Source: Macrostomum lignano
Taxonomy: Eukaryota
NCBI GenBank assembly: GCA_002269645.1
Contig: NIVC01000512.1
Span: 203,967-267,966, forward strand
Reading direction: 5' to 3'
Length of the DNA: 64,000 bases
The notes under the pieces are model-generated. The model worked only from the letters and a program-made list of their open reading frames with translations. It made no database searches and was not told the DNA's origin. Made by a program: the position numbers and the translations under genes. Position 1 is the stretch's first letter. Every line of letters begins with the position of its first letter. Positions 59,960-64,000 of this stretch are shown here, piece by piece.

Positions 59960-60480
59960 TTGACACCATCCGATCATGAACTAGCTAGCTCGTATATTGA
60001 CTTCCAAGGCTTCCCACGCGAGAGATCGAGCAGAGATTTCGTTGTGAAGGAGCTGGCCATTGCCCAAGTCCGGGCAGGCAGTTACCATATCACTCATCAC
60101 GTGTACGCCTCTCCGTTCTCATGGGACAGAATCTCACCTGAGATGCAAGTACATTACAGAAAGCTCTCAAAGAATTTGCATCATTTCAAGTGGACAGATG
60201 GATCCCGATCGTACGAGCTACATGCATTTGGCAAATGACATTCTAAACATTGCTTACGGCCCCACCTGGACAAGCGGGGTGAAAAAGTCCATCTTTCTGA
60301 CGGAGCTGCTTGGCAGACAGGTGTACAACCTAGAGGATCTGGGATCACCTTTGATTCAAGCATCTGATACTGGTTGTGCAGTGAAAAATGTACTGCTCTA
60401 CTACAACTGGCTGAAGCCAAAGTTCTGTATCAACTTAAGAAGCGAGTTGTGCCCGCATCACTCAAAGGCTCTCAAAGACA
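59960..60480 (+). pseudogene. DEDD/DnaQ-like exonuclease, frameshifted near 60210-60235
   Basis: IDFQGF..FVVKELA..H..ASP..HHFKWTDG, then NLEDLG..CAVKNVLLYYNWL in the adjacent frame; 3' end approximate. Confidence 0.7.
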
Positions 60481-60507
60481 GCACCACTGACAGAAAGGAC
60501 TCTCTAA

Positions 60508-61074
60508 ATGAGTACACCTGCGACAGCCCTGCGAGTGACCAATCTGGTTGGCGGCGTGGATCTGAGACTGGCTGGAGGCAGGGGTGCCCAGTTGCCTCTG
60601 CGGGAACTGGCTCTCAGCATGACTCATGTCATCTATCGTCCCGTCTGGCCCCGAGTGCTCATCAAGAGGATGCGGAGTCCCAGAGTGACTCTATTGCTCT
60701 ATCCGACTGGACAACTGAGTATCTGTGGCGCCCGGAGCTACTCGGCCTCAGTCAGGGCTGCCCGTCGCTTCGTGGCTATGCTGCATCGCAGAGTTCCGCC
60801 TCAACTGCTGCCTCGTCAATCCGTTTGTGTTCGAATTAAGACTATTACTGCTTATGGAAAAATAGACTTGCCCAAGGCACTATCACTAAGAAACCTCTGT
60901 GAAGTGCTACCGAATGCGAAATATGAACCTGAAAGTTTTACTGCTTTAGTTTGTCAGCTTCAATACTGCAAGTGTACGCTTTTTCACAATGGCTCATTTG
61001 TGCTCAGCGGAGCAAACTCTAAGCATATGCTACAATCAGACCGTTCCCTATTAGCTTGCTTGCTTTCAAACTGA
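60508..61074 (+). CDS. Virus-encoded TATA-binding-protein (TBP) homologue, 188 aa, intact and intronless
   Basis: Two TBP repeats: LRVTNLVG..L.LRELA..YRP..RVL..RSPRVTLLLYPTGQLSICGA and IKTITA..IDL..L.L..YEPESFTAL..CTLFHNGSFVLSGA. These parallel TBP IQNIV/YNPKRF/LIFSSGK..TGA and YEPELFPGL/LIFVSGKVVLTGA. AATAAA follows at 61076. Confidence 0.88.
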   Translation: MSTPATALRVTNLVGGVDLRLAGGRGAQLPLRELALSMTHVIYRPVWPRVLIKRMRSPRVTLLLYPTGQLSICGARSYSASVRAARRFVAMLHRRVPPQLLPRQSVCVRIKTITAYGKIDLPKALSLRNLCEVLPNAKYEPESFTALVCQLQYCKCTLFHNGSFVLSGANSKHMLQSDRSLLACLLSN

Positions 61075-61780
61075 AATAAATAAAAAGAAAGAATAAATCG
61101 CGGCTTGTTTAATTAAAATATTCAAATTATTTCTCTCTCATACACTAGCTTTTTTGTCTTCATTTTTTATTGCATTGAAAAACCAGTGGTGAACATCTTG
61201 TAGAGATAAACAAATAGCAAGCTAAAAGCAAATACGAGCAAGCAGATAAACCACTACAAAAATAGGAAAAAATAGTCCAAAAGCAGATGGAATATATTAA
61301 AACTTATAAAGCAATATCAGGATTCAAAAAACCAACCACAAAGTACAGGTAAAATTAGAAAAAAATAAAACTCTCACATGCCATCACCGCAAACACCACC
61401 ACCACCACTAACGAAGCATTGGTTTCATTATCATCATCGCGCAATTGTAAGTAAATATTGTGAAGCAAAAAATTTTTGCTAGCCTCAGCAGATGATCAAA
61501 CTTTTTATTGCATTTGGAAAAAATCCTATTTAGATTAGCGGTTAACCTTTATTCAATGTCAAAGAAAGAAACTTTGAAATCGCAAAGAATGGACTGGTTT
61601 GTGCGGCGAAAGTGCACAAACCGGCTTTAGTGCCCAGCGCGTTGATTGTACATCGCCGCCTGCCCCCCCCCCTTGGGTGGCAGGGGTGTTTTTAAACCCC
61701 CGTCGCGCTCTACTGGCGGCTCACTTTGCCTTCTCGCAGTGAATTTTTTTTTACTTAGAAATAGAAACTTTTGCTGAGTC

Positions 61781-62841
61781 ATGAACCGCACCCGTAGCCA
61801 GTCAGCCGATTCCGTCCCCACAACTGTGCCAGCACTAAAGGAAACTAAAGGAGCTTGGTTTGCCGACCTCTGGCAACAAAGCAAAACTGGTCCAAAGGCT
61901 TCGCGCCCATATTCAAGACGTGGAGACCTCTGTCGAGAGTGACGAGCTGACGAACGTTCAGGCCAATCTGCGAGCTACAGGGCAGAACTCGGCGGTAGCG
62001 AGCAGCGGGGGCAGCCCCCCAAATCGGCGACAGGTCGAGAACGGTGGGTCTGGCGCGGCTGGCGGCCTGGACGAACAGCTGCTGGAGGCGGAGAAGCGAA
62101 TCCGTCTGCTGAGGCTGCGCAAAGAAGAAGCGCAGCTGGAATCCGAGTTCGCGCAGCTACGGGTCGGCCGTTCTGAGGCACGTGATGTACCGGGTGAGTT
62201 GCTAAATTGCCTAACTGGATGTGTGCAGCATGAAGTTGGGCAGCAGCATGAGAACATGGGAGCCTCAGGGAGAAGTTCCAGTAGCGTCTACCGAATCGTT
62301 GACTTCGTCAGCAAGCGCAAGCAGTGTCTTCTAGGCCAGAGTAAGTCTAAAGAAGTGGCGGTCGAGGCGCTGTCGTTAGGCGATTGGGTGACGGGCAATG
62401 CGCAGGCGATGCTTCAGATGCTGACTGACGGGCGTCTAGTCAGACTGGATCAGCATGGTCGATTGGATGTGGCAGAGCTCAGAGACTATCTCAGGTACAC
62501 CGCACGCATTGGCGAGTTGTTGGACCTGGGCTTCAACAAGAGCCGTGTCATGAGATTTGATGACGAGTGCCGGCTCAGCCAAGCGACTGATGGCAAGTGG
62601 GAGTCGCACAGCTCGGACCTGAGTCTGGTTGCGGCGTACCTCATGGCTCCCCAGAAGCAGCAATGGGGGGGGTGGTGCCCAGAAGCGCAATCAACTGGTT
62701 TGCTTCGACTACAACAGGATACGCGGGTGCGAACGCAAGAGCTGTCGGTTCCTGCATCGCTGCCGAAGATGCGGCCTGGCGCACTCTGAGGCAGCCTTCC
62801 ACCGCGACGAATCGAGCGGTGAGGAGAAACCGCAACACTGA
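61781..62841 (+). pseudogene. gag-like ORF1 with N-terminal SAP domain and C-terminal CCCH zinc finger; two frameshifts
   Basis: TVPALKE/LKELGLPTSGNKAKLVQRL split near 61840; CFDYNRIRGCERKSCRFLHRCRRCGLAH reached after a shift at the G run near 62666-62672. Confidence 0.75.
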
Positions 62842-64000
62842 CTCGATCATAGCGCGAATTTTATTCCTCCTGTTTTATCCTCTGATCTCAATCTGGCCCA
62901 GTGGCAGGCGGAGTTGTCCAAGCTGGATCTTCCGCCCGGTCGGATGGCTTTTATCCTTGATGGTGTTGCTAGTGGCTTTCGCATCACCAATCGTCAGATG
63001 CATGGCAACGAGCTGGTTGAAGTGGCAAACTACTCATCGGTTTTTAAGCACCATGACAGAGTTGCGCGTCAGATTGCTAATGAGCTTCGTCTCGGTCGTT
63101 ATCGTCTCTGTGCTGCTGGTGACAAACCTCGCATAGTCAGCGCCCTTGGTGCGCTGCCGAAGTCCAACGGTGGCGTTCGCTTAATCCATGACTGCAGCCG
63201 GCCGCAAGGGAAGTCTGTCAACTCCGCTTACGAGAGCGAGCAGAGACTGCGTTTCACCTGTGTCCAGAACTTTGCTAAGAGGCTTAAGAAGAATTACTTT
63301 ATGTGCAAGGTCGATCTAAGCGAAGCCTATCGTTCATGTGGGATCCATCCTGACGACCAAAAGTTTACCGGTTTGAAGTTTCGGCTAGGTAGCGATGCTT
63401 GCGACACCTACATAGTGGACACGCGCCTGCCATTTGGTGCTGCTGCTTCCGTCACGGCTTTCTATCATCTCAGCGAGGCGGTCAAGTTGATGATGGTGCA
63501 CCGCGGCTTTGTCAATACTGAGGCCTATCTGGACGATTTTGCCTTTTGCGGTTTGCAAAACGAGTGCGAGGCCTTCTTTAATGTGTTGACGTCGCTGATG
63601 ACCAGACTGGGCTTCACCGTGAATTGGACGAAGTGTCAGCGGCCTTCGCAAAGGATGACGTTTCTCGGTGTGGAGCTCGACACCGTCAAGGGCCTGAAGC
63701 GGCTTTCAGACGAGAAAGTGGAGAAACTTTTAGAGCAACTGGACGATGCTGCTGCCAAGGATCGCATCAGCAAGCAAAGTTTACAGCAGATCATCGGCAG
63801 GCTGGTGTGGGCTTCGCAGGTGATCGAATGCGGTCGCCCCTTTCTTCAGGACCTGATTTCGCGCTCTAACAATTTGGCCGTCGGTCAGCAAGATGAGGTG
63901 GATGCGGCCCTGCGTAGTCAGCTGCGCTGGTGGAAGTGTGCTCTGCTAGCTCAAAGGTGGAAGACTCTCTGGTTCAATGGCGACTTCGATGCCGCGATCG
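62842..64000 (+). CDS. Reverse transcriptase (DIRS/Ngaro type), open to the window end
   Basis: LNLAQW..ILDGVASGFRI, ALPKSNGGVRLIHDCS, KVDLSEAYR, LPFG, AYLDDF, FLGVELDT, IGRLVWA; absent from the ORF track because no stop lies in the window. Confidence 0.93.

Larger units (their letters stand above)
49550..61590 (+). mobile_element. Maverick/Polinton (adintovirus-like) endogenous virus, left part; right end not in window
   Basis: Begins AGTAGT, the typical Maverick terminus, with a GC-rich subterminal region containing ACTCTGCCGCAGG twice (49569, 49648). Compact intronless co-oriented genes for integrase, penton, major capsid, adenain and packaging ATPase. Confidence 0.93.
61590..64000 (+). 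mobile_element. Ngaro/DIRS-type tyrosine-recombinase retroelement, 5' part
   Basis: 5' hairpin GGTTTGTGC..GCACAAACC (61596-61622); gag with SAP domain and CCCH finger; DIRS-type RT. Left boundary approximate; runs off the window. Confidence 0.85.

Noticed and set aside
60060-60839. 259-aa ORF as an independent gene overlapping TBP
   Set aside because: Its middle is the frameshifted C-half of the exonuclease; the remainder is an alternative frame of the TBP gene with no recognisable motif
61200-61450. Small hydrophobic minus-strand viral membrane protein
   Set aside because: Hydrophobic stretches are broken by stops in all frames and can be explained by T-richness

Overview
Eukaryotic (invertebrate) genomic DNA with GT-AG introns, GC-rich exons and dense minisatellites. 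It most resembles a flatworm such as Macrostomum, which is an inference from style and not demonstrated. Host genes: an intronless secreted protein with two HxxH motifs (2441-3226, -), an intronless class A GPCR (8950-10074, -), a 4-exon UBL-UBA ubiquilin-like gene (14256-18093), a 14-exon TMC channel (20966-33506), a 9-exon SLC13 Na+/carboxylate-sulfate transporter (37238-45643) and a 3-exon Cys-rich secreted protein (47518-48951). Almost every long intron of the TMC and SLC13 genes holds its own minisatellite. Two solo LTRs, hAT and TA-type MITEs and a tRNA-derived SINE pair are scattered through the left 49 kb. From 49550 onward the window is a decaying Maverick/Polinton endogenous virus: AGTAGT terminus, tandem PC4, integrase-chromodomain, penton, basic core-like protein, major capsid, adenain protease, A32 ATPase and DEDD nuclease. 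It also carries an intronless TATA-binding-protein homologue, which is the standout observation. A RAG1-like Chapaev transposon with an intact ORF is nested inside it, and a Ngaro/DIRS retroelement starts near 61590 and runs off the window.
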